From Candidatus Xenobia bacterium (GTDB lineage Bacteria; Vulcanimicrobiota; Xenobia; Xenobiales; QWHO01): 37,902 bases of DNA. The translations under genes and the position numbers were made by a program. The stretch is taken from assembly GCA_045863235.1 (NCBI GenBank), contig BTUM01000078.1:1-37902 (forward strand). The letters are read 5' to 3'. Below the pieces are notes generated by a model. The model was not told the DNA's origin and searched no databases. It worked only from the letters and a program-made list of their open reading frames with translations. Positions 25,996 to 34,966 of this stretch are shown here, in pieces; position 1 is the first letter of the stretch; each line of letters opens with the position of its first letter.

Positions 25996-27411
25996 TCAGC
26001 CTACCCGGAAGCAATCCCGCCCGGCGTCCTTGGCCGCGTACAGGGCCTGGTCGGCCCGCAGCAACAGGGCCTCCAGCTCGTGCAGGGGAGCGCTGGCCAG
26101 GCCCTGGCTGACGGTGATCCGCAGAGGCTCACCCGACCCGGTCTGGAGGGGCTTGTGCCGGATGGTCGTAGCCAGCCGGTCGGCCGTCTCGGCCGCCCCC
26201 TCGGGACCGGTTTCCGGCAAGACCGCCACGAACTCCTCACCCCCGTAGCGACCAAAGAGATCGCTGTCGCGCAGGGTCTGGCGGCAACACCGGGCCACGG
26301 CGCGCAGCACTTCGTCTCCCACCATGTGGCCATGCGTGTCATTGAACTTCTTGAAGTGATCGATGTCGAGCAGGATGAGGGTCAGCGGCCGCTGAGCCCG
26401 ACGGGCGCTCTTGAGAGCCTGCTCGGCCATCTCGAGCAGGTGGCGGCGGTTCCAGACCCCGGTCAGCTGGTCCACGCTGGCCAGCTCCTGAACCCGGGCA
26501 AACAGCCTGGCGTTCTCCAGGGCGATGCCGGCCTGACTGGCAAAGAGAAGCGCCAGCTGGCCTTCGCGTGGCGCGAAGTCCCGCTCCTCGCGAATCAGCC
26601 GCAGGGCTCCCACGGCAAGGTCCTCGCGCACCATCGGAACACTCAGGGCCTGGCCCTCCAGGACGGGCTGGCGGCTCGCCAGGCAAGTGGCTGCCCAGCC
26701 GGGAGCCGACCCGTCAGGCTCGCCCACGAACCGCTCGCTCGCCTCGTGAGGCACCACGCGGGCCAGGCCCTGCAAGAGGCGATCGAGCACCAATCCGGGA
26801 TCGAGCGTCGCGCTCAAGCTGAGGTTGGTCTCCAGCAGGATATCGGCCAGCTCACGCTCGAGGCGCTCGGCCTGAAGACGCGACTCGAGCTGAGCCGCCC
26901 GGGAAGTCTCCAGGGCCTGAGCGATATGGTTGGCCAGGGCCGTCACTCCTCCCAGGTCCCCCTCTTTGAAAAGGCCAGAGGCAAGGCGATTGTCGAGGTA
27001 GAGCACGCCCACGAGCCGATTCTGGGCCAGCAGAGGCAGGCAGAGGATGCTCCGCAGCCCGGACTCGGTGACACTGCTGCGGTCAGGGAACCGGGGGTCG
27101 CTCATGGCATCGACCACCCGGACCGGCTCTCGGGTCTGGGCCACCTGGCGCACGATCGGCATACTGTAAGGTTGGTCCAGAGCCACAAAGTGGCCCAGCC
27201 GGAAAGCAGCCGCCGGGCGCAAGCGGCCTTCCTCGGAGGCCAGCAGCAGGATGCCCCGATCGCAGCGCAGCAGCGAGACCAACCGCGCCAGAGCCTGGCG
27301 AGCATGCTGCTCGGGCTCGAGCACCGTGCCCGCGCTCAGGTTCAGTTGGAGGAGAGTCTCCATGCAGCGACCGAGCCGCGCGGCGTCAAGGTCGGATCCG
27401 GGCTCGTCCAT
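25996..27411 (-). CDS. GAF-GAF-GGDEF diguanylate cyclase
   Basis: GAF (LCLPL..Q.RLVGVLYLDN); DQLTGVWNRR, DIDHFK.FND.HGH..GD, RDSD I-site, GRYGGEEF. Confidence 0.92.
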   Translation of the reverse strand: MDEPGSDLDAARLGRCMETLLQLNLSAGTVLEPEQHARQALARLVSLLRCDRGILLLASEEGRLRPAAAFRLGHFVALDQPYSMPIVRQVAQTREPVRVVDAMSDPRFPDRSSVTESGLRSILCLPLLAQNRLVGVLYLDNRLASGLFKEGDLGGVTALANHIAQALETSRAAQLESRLQAERLERELADILLETNLSLSATLDPGLVLDRLLQGLARVVPHEASERFVGEPDGSAPGWAATCLASRQPVLEGQALSVPMVREDLAVGALRLIREERDFAPREGQLALLFASQAGIALENARLFARVQELASVDQLTGVWNRRHLLEMAEQALKSARRAQRPLTLILLDIDHFKKFNDTHGHMVGDEVLRAVARCCRQTLRDSDLFGRYGGEEFVAVLPETGPEGAAETADRLATTIRHKPLQTGSGEPLRITVSQGLASAPLHELEALLLRADQALYAAKDAGRDCFRVG

Positions 27412-27460
27412 ACTGAACCGAGTTCGGGACCGGTCCTCGCTCGCCTTCCAGGCTGCGCCC

Positions 27461-28126
27461 TCAGCAGAACAGGTCGAGGATGAGCTGGAACTTGCGGTCG
27501 TGCAGCTGGTAGTGCAGGCAGGCGGCCAGGCGAAGGCAGCTTTCGGGTCGATCGTCCTGGGCGCGCGCCAACTCCAGGGCCCGAGTGCAGAGCTCCTCGG
27601 CGTCCTGCTCGGTGGTAACGGCCATTGGCAGCTTGTGCTGCTCGGCCAGAGTGCCCAGGTAGTCATTGAGCGACAGGGCTCGCTCGGCTAAGATCTCGGA
27701 AGCTCCCGGAACGCGGGCCTGCAGGCGGCGGCGGCGAGCCAATCCAGGGCGCGAGCCGTAATCGTAGTCGCCCAGGCGCGGTGGGGCGCTGGCCTGACTC
27801 AGAGACTCGCTCAGTACGCGCTCGAAGACCTCCAACTGGGCCAGCGAGCTCACCAGGCGCCTGCCCAGCAGGCTGCGAAACACTTGCCACACCAACGCCT
27901 CCTGGCAGTGCTCCCCCGAGCACGAGCGGCGCCAGACCTGGACCAGGATGTCATCGAGTCGCACCCCCAAGGAACTCTCCCCCAGCAGGCCCTGGGCGGC
28001 GAAACCGGCCAGGTTGCGATGGATCGAAACCACCGCCTGGATGGTCTGACTGGTGAGGTCCGGGTATCGGGCCCTGTACTTGTCGGGTTCGGGAAAGAAG
28101 CTGTGCTCGCTCTGGAGGAGTTGCAT
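27461..28126 (-). CDS. Hypothetical protein
   Basis: AAGGAG RBS before ATG 28126; co-oriented directly upstream of the cyclase. No motif recognised. Confidence 0.55.
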   Translation of the reverse strand: MQLLQSEHSFFPEPDKYRARYPDLTSQTIQAVVSIHRNLAGFAAQGLLGESSLGVRLDDILVQVWRRSCSGEHCQEALVWQVFRSLLGRRLVSSLAQLEVFERVLSESLSQASAPPRLGDYDYGSRPGLARRRRLQARVPGASEILAERALSLNDYLGTLAEQHKLPMAVTTEQDAEELCTRALELARAQDDRPESCLRLAACLHYQLHDRKFQLILDLFC

Positions 28127-28279
28127 CGGAGAGGCTCCTTGATTCGACTTTCCCGCTCGCCCATAGATTAGCTCAACCACGGCGCCAGGCGCTGTAACCT
28201 GGCACACATTCGCGGGGCGACAGGAGCGAGCGCGGTCGGCGCGAACGGCGGCTTTTCAGCTAATGACAAGGAGCCGAAC

Positions 28280-29518
28280 ATGAGCAAGAAAGTCGCTCTG
28301 GCCTACAGCGGGGGGCTCGACACATCCTGCATTCTGCGCTGGTTGATCGACCAGGACTATGAGGTGATCTGCTTCATGGGCAACGTGGGCCAGGACGAGG
28401 ACTTTGAAGCGGCCCGGGACAAGGCGCTGAAGATCGGCGCGAGCAAGGTCTTCATCGAGGACCTGCGCGAAGAGTTCGTGACCGACTTCATCTTCCCGGC
28501 CATCAAGGCCAACGCTGTCTACGAGGGACGCTACCTGCTGGGCACCTCGCTGGCCCGCCCCTGCCTGGCTCGCCGCCAGGTCGAGGTCGCCAAACGAGAG
28601 GGCTGCCAGTTCGTCTCTCACGGGGCCACCGGCAAGGGCAACGACCAGGTCCGCTTCGAGCTGGCCTGCTACGCTCTGTCGCCCGATCTCCAGATCATCG
28701 CTCCCTGGCGCATGCCCGAGTTCTTCAACCGCTTCCAGGGGCGCTCGGACCTGATGGCCTACGCCCAGGAGCACGGCATCCCGGTCACGGCCACGCCTCA
28801 GCGGCCCTACTCCACCGACGAGAACCTGTTCCACATCAGCTATGAGTCCGGAGTGCTGGAGGATCCGGCCTCCTCGCCTCCGGAGGACATGTTCCAGATG
28901 ACCCTGGACGCCCAGAAGGCGGCCGCCGAGCCCGAGAAGGTGCTGCTCGAGTTCAAGGATGGCATCCCCATCAAGGTGGAGAGCCTGGATAGCGGGCGGG
29001 GGGCCACCAAACCCCTGGAGATGATGCTCTTTCTCAACGAGCTGGGCAAGAAGCACGGCGTGGGGCGCATCGACATCGTGGAGAACCGCTTCGTGGGCAT
29101 CAAGTCGCGCGGCGTCTACGAGACCCCGGGCGGTACCATCTTGCGCGAGGCCCACCGCGACATCGAGTGCCTGGCCATGGACCGCGAGGTGATGCGCCTG
29201 CGCGACATGCTCAGCCCCAAGTTCGCCGAGCTGGTTTACAACGGCTTCTGGTTCTCGCCCGAGATGGACTTCCTGATGGCGGCGGTGGACAAGAGCCAGG
29301 AGTACATCGACGGCAAGGTCTGGCTGTCTCTGTACCGCGGCCACGTCACCGTGCTCGGGCGCGAGAGCCCCACCTCGCTCTATGACCGCGACCTCTCCTC
29401 GATGGAGATCGAAGGCGGCTTCAATCCGCGCGACTCAGAAGGCTTCATCCGGATCAACGCCATCCGCCTGAAAGCCCACCGGGTCATCGTGGAGAAGATC
29501 CAGAGCCGGGGCAAGTGA
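28280..29518 (+). CDS. argG: Argininosuccinate synthase
   Basis: [48 protein letters not shown] motifs. Confidence 0.97.
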   Translation: MSKKVALAYSGGLDTSCILRWLIDQDYEVICFMGNVGQDEDFEAARDKALKIGASKVFIEDLREEFVTDFIFPAIKANAVYEGRYLLGTSLARPCLARRQVEVAKREGCQFVSHGATGKGNDQVRFELACYALSPDLQIIAPWRMPEFFNRFQGRSDLMAYAQEHGIPVTATPQRPYSTDENLFHISYESGVLEDPASSPPEDMFQMTLDAQKAAAEPEKVLLEFKDGIPIKVESLDSGRGATKPLEMMLFLNELGKKHGVGRIDIVENRFVGIKSRGVYETPGGTILREAHRDIECLAMDREVMRLRDMLSPKFAELVYNGFWFSPEMDFLMAAVDKSQEYIDGKVWLSLYRGHVTVLGRESPTSLYDRDLSSMEIEGGFNPRDSEGFIRINAIRLKAHRVIVEKIQSRGK

Positions 29519-30849
29519 GCCAGGGGCGACTCTGGGGCGGACGCTTTCGCCAGCCCACCGATCCCCGCATGGACGCCTTCGGGCGCTCGTTGCACTGGGA
29601 TGCCCGCCTGGCGCCCTTCGACCTGCGGGTCTGTCGAGCTCACGTCACCATGCTGACGGAAGCGGGCGTCACCGAGGGAAGCCAGCTCATCACCGCCCTG
29701 GAGCAGATGGAGCGAGAGCTGGCGGCCGGCACGCTGCGGGTGGAGGGCGAGCACGAGGACGTGCACTCCTGGGTGGAAGCCGAGCTCTCACGCCGGGTCG
29801 GCCAGGAGAGCTCCAACCTGCGCATCGGGCGCAGCCGCAACGACCTGGTGGTGACCGACTTCCGGCTGTGGACCAAAGACGCCTGCGAGCTGCTCAAGCG
29901 GCGCACCCGAGCGCTGCAGAAGGCCCTGCTCGAGCAGGCCGAGCAGCTGCCCGAGGCCTATCTTCCCGGCTATACCCACCTGCAGCGGGCTCAGCCGGTG
30001 TTGCTCTCGCACCATCTGCTGGCCCACTTCTGGGCCCTGGAGCGGGACGCCAGACGCTGGGACGCGGTGCAAGACGAGGCCGACTGCTGCCCGCTGGGGG
30101 CCGGCGCCCTGGCCGGCAGCTCCTGGCCGATGAACACGGCCCGCACCGCCGAGCTGCTCGGCTTCTCGCGCAGCTTCGAGAACTCGCTCGACGCCGTGGC
30201 TGACCGTGACTTCGCGGTCGAATTCCTGAGCGCCGCCAGCCTGGAGATGGTCCACCTCTCGCGATTGTCCGAAGAGCTGGTGCTCTGGTCGGGCAGCGAG
30301 TTCGGCTACCTGGAGCTACACGACTCCTGGAGCACCGGCTCCAGCCTGATGCCCCAGAAGCGCAACCCGGACGCCGCCGAGCTGACCCGGGGACGGGTAG
30401 GCCGGGTGGTGGGAGACCTGGTCAACCTGCTCACCCAGCTCAAGGCCTTGCCTCTGGCCTACAACCGCGACCTGCAAGAGGACAAGCCGGCCGCCTTCGA
30501 TGCCTGTGACACCCTGGAAGCCTGCCTCGACGTGCTGGCCGGCATGGTGAGCGCATGCAGCTTTCGCGTCGAGCGCATGGCCGAGGCGGCGGCAGATCCG
30601 GCCCTGCTGGCCACCGACCTGGCCGACGCCCTGGTGCGCGCCGGCCACAGCTTCGCCATCGCCCACGAGCTGGCCGGCAAGGCCCAGGTGGGTGAGCTGA
30701 GCGCAGAGGAAGAGCAAAAGGTGGCTCCGCTGCTGGCCGAAGTGACCGTGGAGCAGGCCCTGCAGAGCCGGGCCCATCCGGGCGCGGCCGGGCCGCTGGC
30801 GGTAGCCCGCCAGTTGGAGCGAGCCCGCGCCTGCCTGGAGGAACGATGA
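29515..30849 (+). CDS. argH: Argininosuccinate lyase
   Basis: [50 protein letters not shown] motifs. Confidence 0.96.
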   Translation: MSQGRLWGGRFRQPTDPRMDAFGRSLHWDARLAPFDLRVCRAHVTMLTEAGVTEGSQLITALEQMERELAAGTLRVEGEHEDVHSWVEAELSRRVGQESSNLRIGRSRNDLVVTDFRLWTKDACELLKRRTRALQKALLEQAEQLPEAYLPGYTHLQRAQPVLLSHHLLAHFWALERDARRWDAVQDEADCCPLGAGALAGSSWPMNTARTAELLGFSRSFENSLDAVADRDFAVEFLSAASLEMVHLSRLSEELVLWSGSEFGYLELHDSWSTGSSLMPQKRNPDAAELTRGRVGRVVGDLVNLLTQLKALPLAYNRDLQEDKPAAFDACDTLEACLDVLAGMVSACSFRVERMAEAAADPALLATDLADALVRAGHSFAIAHELAGKAQVGELSAEEEQKVAPLLAEVTVEQALQSRAHPGAAGPLAVARQLERARACLEER

Positions 30850-32318
30850 GCGTCGAAAGCCTGCTCTCTGCTGCACGCGAGGCCCAGACCGCCTGGGCCC
30901 GCCGCCTGGTGCGCCAGCGGCTGGAGGTCGCCCGGGCCCTGCGCACCTACGTGGCGGCCCGCACTGAGGAGGTGGTCGAGGCCATCCGGGCTGCCCGGGA
31001 GGGACGCCCGGCTGAGATCCTCAGCTCGGAGCTCTTGCCCTGGCTGGACGGCGTCTGGTTCCTGGAGCAGAACGCCGAGCAGCTGCTGGCGCCGCGCAAG
31101 GTCAGTCCGGCCGGTCGTCCTCCCTGGATGGGCACCATCGAGCTGGAGGTGCTGCGCGAGCCCCACGGGGTGGTGCTGGTGATCGGCCCCTCCAACTATC
31201 CCTTCTTTCTGCCCGGTATCCAGTCCATCCAGGCCCTCATGGCCGGCAACGCCGTGCTCCTCAAGCCAGGCATCGGGGGCACCCGGGCGGCCCGCTTCCT
31301 GGCCCGGGCCCTCAAGGCCGCCGGCTTGGACGAGCACCTCTTCAACGTGCTGGAGGAAGACCCCGAAAACGCCCGCCAGGCCATGCGGCTGGGGGTGGAC
31401 AAGGTGGTGTTGACCGGCAGCGTGGCCACCGGGCGAGCGGTGCTCGAGCAAGCCGCCGACTCGCTGACCCCGGTCAGCCTGGAGCTGTCCGGTCAAGACG
31501 CGGTGCTGGTTGCTCCCACGGCCGACATGCGCCGAGTGGCGCGGGCCCTGGCCTTTGGCATCCGGCTCAACCAGGGGCGCACCTGCGTGGCCCCGCGCCG
31601 TGTCTTCGTGCCCCGCACCCGGCTGGAGGCGCTGGAGAGCCTGCTGACCCGGGCCCTGGCCGACGATCGTCCGGTGCCGCTCGGAAACGACCTGCGCGAG
31701 CTGCTCGACACGGCCCACAGCCGGGGGGCTCGCCTCATCACTGGCTCGCTGGGCGAGCAGGTGATGGGCCCGCTGGTGCTCAGCTCCTGCCCCACCGAGC
31801 TGGCCAGCTCACCCGCTGCGGTTTTCGCACCTATCTTGTGGATTATCCCGGTGCAAGACGAGGCCGAGGCCGTGCGGCTGGTGCGCGAGAGTCACTACGG
31901 GCTGGGCGCGGCCGTCTTCGGCCCCCAGGAATGGGCCCGCCGCATCGCCGAGGAGCTGCCGGTGGGCGTGGTCACCTTGAACGACCTGATCGTGCCGACA
32001 GCCGACCCGCGCCTGGCCTTCGGGGGACGCGGCTGGAGCGGCTACGGCCTGACCCGTGGGCCGGAGGGATTCCTGGAGATGACCGTGCCCAAGGCCATCC
32101 TCACCCGCGGCCCGGGGCCGCTCTACCACCTCGAGGAGCCGAGCCCCGGCGACTACAAGCTGTTGCGCGGCTACCTGCGGGCCGCCCACGGAGGAGGATG
32201 GAAAGAGCGCGCCCTTGGGGCCTTCGAGTTCCTGCGCTCGCTGATCGGCGAGCGCATCCGCCGAAAGAGCCCCCTGAACCCGTATCGCAACCAGACCTAC
32301 GGATTACCGGATGAATGA
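30846..32318 (+). CDS. Aldehyde dehydrogenase family protein
   Basis: EPHGVV.VIGP.NYP, GNAVLLKP, LTGS, LELSG, catalytic Cys in GRTCVAP, AFGG. Confidence 0.9.
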   Translation: MSVESLLSAAREAQTAWARRLVRQRLEVARALRTYVAARTEEVVEAIRAAREGRPAEILSSELLPWLDGVWFLEQNAEQLLAPRKVSPAGRPPWMGTIELEVLREPHGVVLVIGPSNYPFFLPGIQSIQALMAGNAVLLKPGIGGTRAARFLARALKAAGLDEHLFNVLEEDPENARQAMRLGVDKVVLTGSVATGRAVLEQAADSLTPVSLELSGQDAVLVAPTADMRRVARALAFGIRLNQGRTCVAPRRVFVPRTRLEALESLLTRALADDRPVPLGNDLRELLDTAHSRGARLITGSLGEQVMGPLVLSSCPTELASSPAAVFAPILWIIPVQDEAEAVRLVRESHYGLGAAVFGPQEWARRIAEELPVGVVTLNDLIVPTADPRLAFGGRGWSGYGLTRGPEGFLEMTVPKAILTRGPGPLYHLEEPSPGDYKLLRGYLRAAHGGGWKERALGAFEFLRSLIGERIRRKSPLNPYRNQTYGLPDE

Positions 32319-32781
32319 CGCCGACTACGAGGAGAAGCTACGCCGCTGGCTGACCGAGGGCGGCTTTCAAGCCGACCACCTGGTCTTCGAGCAGTCGTGT
32401 CACTCGGTAGCCGAGGCCGCTGACGCGGCCGGAGTGACCCGCGAGGATCTCATCAAGAGCATCTGCATGATGACCCCGCTGGGCGAGCTGGTGGTGGCGG
32501 TCGTGAAGGGCGAGGATCAGGCCAGCACCTCGCGGGTGGGCAAGCTGCTCGAGCTGGGCCGCCCCCGGCCGGCCAGCCTGGAGGAGATGCTCGAGCTCAC
32601 CGGCTATCCCTGCGGCGGCACGCCGCCTTTTGGCTTTGAGGCTCGCTTCCTGGTGGACGAGCGAGTGCTGCAGACGCCCGTGGTGTATGGCGGCGGAGGC
32701 TCGGTGCGCTCACTGGTGCGGGTGGCCTCGGCCGAGCTGCTGCGGGCCAACCGGGGACGGGTGGCCCGCATCCGGCGTTAG
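32311..32781 (+). CDS. YbaK/EbsC aminoacyl-tRNA deacylase family protein
   Basis: SVAEAA, LIKS, TGY.CGGTPPFG, VYGGGG motifs. Confidence 0.9.
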   Translation: MNDADYEEKLRRWLTEGGFQADHLVFEQSCHSVAEAADAAGVTREDLIKSICMMTPLGELVVAVVKGEDQASTSRVGKLLELGRPRPASLEEMLELTGYPCGGTPPFGFEARFLVDERVLQTPVVYGGGGSVRSLVRVASAELLRANRGRVARIRR

Positions 32782-32821
32782 GCGAGCTATCCGGGCGGAG
32801 GTCCCAGGGCGAGGATACAGG

Positions 32822-32930
32822 AGAACAGGCGTTCGTTCCCCCGGGGAACGAAAACCTGCCGAACAGGCGTTGGGAACAGCGCCAAATCGACCTGTGAAGG
32901 ATTTCACAGAGACGAAACTCCTGCCGAACA
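32822..32930. repeat. Composite repeat/palindrome region related to the 10554-10594 element
   Basis: GAACAGGCGTT twice (32823, 32861); GTTCCCC-C-GGGGAAC palindrome; ACGAAA(A/CT)CCTGCCGAACA twice. Confidence 0.5.
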
Positions 32931-33036
32931 CCGAATGGAGAGGTGGCCTGCGGCCAGAGCTGCGAAGCCCGCGAGCCCGCAAGACCCGGGCGGTTTCCCA
33001 GGGACGAGCCTGCTCCAAATGCTCTACCACGCCCGA

Positions 33037-33069
33037 CGCGGTCAGACACCCGGAGGGTGTCCGACCGCG
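33037..33069 (-). terminator. 15-bp 3' hairpin after the small protein gene (terminator or stabiliser, no U-tract)
   Basis: CGCGGTCAGACACCC/GGGTGTCCGACCGCG; the single mismatch becomes G-U on the minus strand. Confidence 0.55.
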
Positions 33070-33075
33070 CCACGG

Positions 33076-33312
33076 CTAGCTGCGGATGTAGTCGCTCCAC
33101 TTGTTGAACATCTTGTCCTGGACCTTGGCCTGGTTGATCGTGACCTCTTGCTGGATCTCGAAGATCTTGGTCTGCACCTCGCGCAGGATCTTCCAGCGCT
33201 CGGCCTGTTGCTTCTGAGCGTCAGCGAACATCTCCACCTGCTTGGTCTGCGCCTGGAGCGCGTCCGACAGAGCCAGTTGTTGCAGAGATGCTGCGTTGGC
33301 CATTCCTACCAT
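33076..33312 (-). CDS. 78-aa helical Gln-rich protein (missed as a separate ORF in the track)
   Basis: AGGAGG 8 nt before ATG 33312. Sequence MVGMANAASLQQ...QTKIFEIQQEVTINQAKVQDKMFNKWSDYIRS; strongly biased codons. Confidence 0.8.
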   Translation of the reverse strand: MVGMANAASLQQLALSDALQAQTKQVEMFADAQKQQAERWKILREVQTKIFEIQQEVTINQAKVQDKMFNKWSDYIRS

Positions 33313-33381
33313 TTGCTTGTCCTCCTTGGAGTTGGGATGACTCCAGGATAGGAAAGCGAGGCCGAGGAGCTGTTGACGGTC

Positions 33382-33408
33382 GTACCGGCTTTGGTAAACA
33401 GAGCTTTG
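33382..33408 (-). promoter_or_regulatory. Sigma28-like promoter
   Basis: CAAA-N15-GCCGGTAC versus consensus TAAA-N15-GCCGATAA. Confidence 0.4.
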
Positions 33409-33471
33409 CCATTGAATGACCATTTTATGAACGAGCAGGGGATAGAAACGCCACGACAAAAACCGCCCTCC

Positions 33472-33810
33472 ATGGATGGTCGACAGCTGGAGATCCTGGG
33501 CAGCCTGTTCCGCACGGCCTGGCCCGACGAAGGGGCCTCCAGCCACGAGTTGAACGCGATCACTCGGTGGATGGAGGTCCGCGGGGTGCCCCTGGCCGAG
33601 CGGGTGGCCCTGACCGAGGCCTGTCTGGGCCACTCCGACCCCGAGATGCGGCTGGAGGACGAGCAAAGCCGGCAAGATGCCCTGGAGCTCCTGGTGGGGC
33701 AGGGCTTTGACCATGAGGAGCTGCTCCAGGAGCTGGCCGAGCGTCTGGCCATCGGCCCTGACGACCTGGAGATGCTCCGCTTGCGGGCCCACAAGGAGTC
33801 TTCTCCCTAG
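33472..33810 (+). CDS. TerB-like hypothetical protein
   Basis: AWPDEG.S.HE..AI and EELLQELAERL.I resemble TerB helices. Start could be 33427. Confidence 0.55.
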   Translation: MDGRQLEILGSLFRTAWPDEGASSHELNAITRWMEVRGVPLAERVALTEACLGHSDPEMRLEDEQSRQDALELLVGQGFDHEELLQELAERLAIGPDDLEMLRLRAHKESSP

Positions 33811-33813
33811 ATC

Positions 33814-34827
33814 ATGCTTTCGTTTCTGAATGCCGTCGTCGAGCTGGTCGATCTCCGCAACAACCAGCTGCTCTTCCGCTCCAACCGCAAGTATCCCGAC
33901 GGAAAGCAGCTCGAGGTCAAGGTCGCCCTGCCCCCCGGCTCGGGGCGGGTCACCACGCTGCCGGTGCAGATCGTCAGCTCGCGCCCCCTGGAAGGCGGGG
34001 GACTGCTCTACAATGCGCGGGTGCTGGCCGACGTCGGTGGCGTTCAGGTTTCCGGGAACCTGCGCGATCCGGCCCTGCGTCGCGCCCCTCGCTACGCCGT
34101 GGGAGTGCGGGTGCGCTCGCGCCGGCTGCCCGGCTACCGGGCCATCACCATCGACCTGAGCCGCTCGGGGGTGCAACTCGAAGCCGATGGCCCGGTGCAA
34201 CCCGGACAGGTGCTGGATCTGACCCTTGAGTTTGATCGCCACGAGGTGGCCGATCTCTGCTGCGACGCCCGGGTGGTGTGGTGTCGCCACGACCCGGCAC
34301 GCGACCGCTACCGGATCGGCCTGGAGTTTGCACCCTCCAATCAGGCCATGCAGCGCGAGCTCGACCGGGTGGCCGACTTTTTCGAGCACCGGGCCCAGGC
34401 CGGGGTGGAGAAGCTGCTGGTGGAATCCAAGCGGCTGCACCAGGCGCCGGTGCATCCGGCCGCCCGGGTGGCCGAGGAGGAGACCCCGCAGGCCCCGCCC
34501 CCCTCACGCCGCCAGGGATTCAACATCCCCCTGGAAGCGGTCGTCAAGGGCGTCTGGTGGGACCTGGCCGGCAGCCGGCTGCTGATGATCCTGCAGGCCC
34601 TGGACGGGGGCCTGCACCAGCTCGAGTTCCCCCACTGCCAGACGGTGCGCGATCACATCACCGTGCTGGGACCGATGTCTCGCTTCCTGCGCTCGGCCAG
34701 CCAGTCGGAGTGGCTCAGCAGCGTGACCGAGAGCCATCCGGGCACCTGGCGCCACTACCAGCTGCTCGATGCGCGAGGGCGCACCATCCTGGAGCTGATT
34801 TCGGCTCCCTGCCGCGTGCCCGACTAG
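33814..34827 (+). CDS. PilZ-domain protein
   Basis: RRAPR...IDLSRSGVQL...ARVVW.R.....IGLEF is a canonical PilZ pattern. Confidence 0.85.
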   Translation: MLSFLNAVVELVDLRNNQLLFRSNRKYPDGKQLEVKVALPPGSGRVTTLPVQIVSSRPLEGGGLLYNARVLADVGGVQVSGNLRDPALRRAPRYAVGVRVRSRRLPGYRAITIDLSRSGVQLEADGPVQPGQVLDLTLEFDRHEVADLCCDARVVWCRHDPARDRYRIGLEFAPSNQAMQRELDRVADFFEHRAQAGVEKLLVESKRLHQAPVHPAARVAEEETPQAPPPSRRQGFNIPLEAVVKGVWWDLAGSRLLMILQALDGGLHQLEFPHCQTVRDHITVLGPMSRFLRSASQSEWLSSVTESHPGTWRHYQLLDARGRTILELISAPCRVPD

Positions 34828-34966
34828 CAGCTTGCTCAGTCTGGCCACCCGTGGTCAGGCCCTCCTCGTTCGGTGGCCGCCGAGGAAGCGGCGGCCATCG
34901 CCGCTCAGGCTCCACCGGCCGGCCCGTCCCCTCTGAAGGGCTTTGGAAATGCGAAAGTTGTCCCTG

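Noticed and set aside
28200..28216. Sigma54 promoter upstream of argG
   Set aside because: TGGCAC is present, but the GG-to-GC spacing is 9 rather than 10 and there is no TTGC.
4180..31718. Many long overlapping ORFs (e.g. 4180-5220, 5475-6902, 8171-9724, 15045-16391, 25858-27483, 28256-29344, 30459-31718)
   Set aside because: High-GC shadow frames of well-supported genes; no motifs.
32892..32909. Rex operator
   Set aside because: Resembles TTGTGAA-N4-TTCACAA but both outer bases differ, and it lies between convergent genes.
33076..34455. 459-aa minus-strand ORF
   Set aside because: Antisense shadow of the PilZ and TerB-like genes. Only the last 78 codons have an SD and coding character.
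34871..34900. 12-bp hairpin between convergent genes
   Set aside because: Probably an ordinary 3'-end structure; no U-tract and no second copy.
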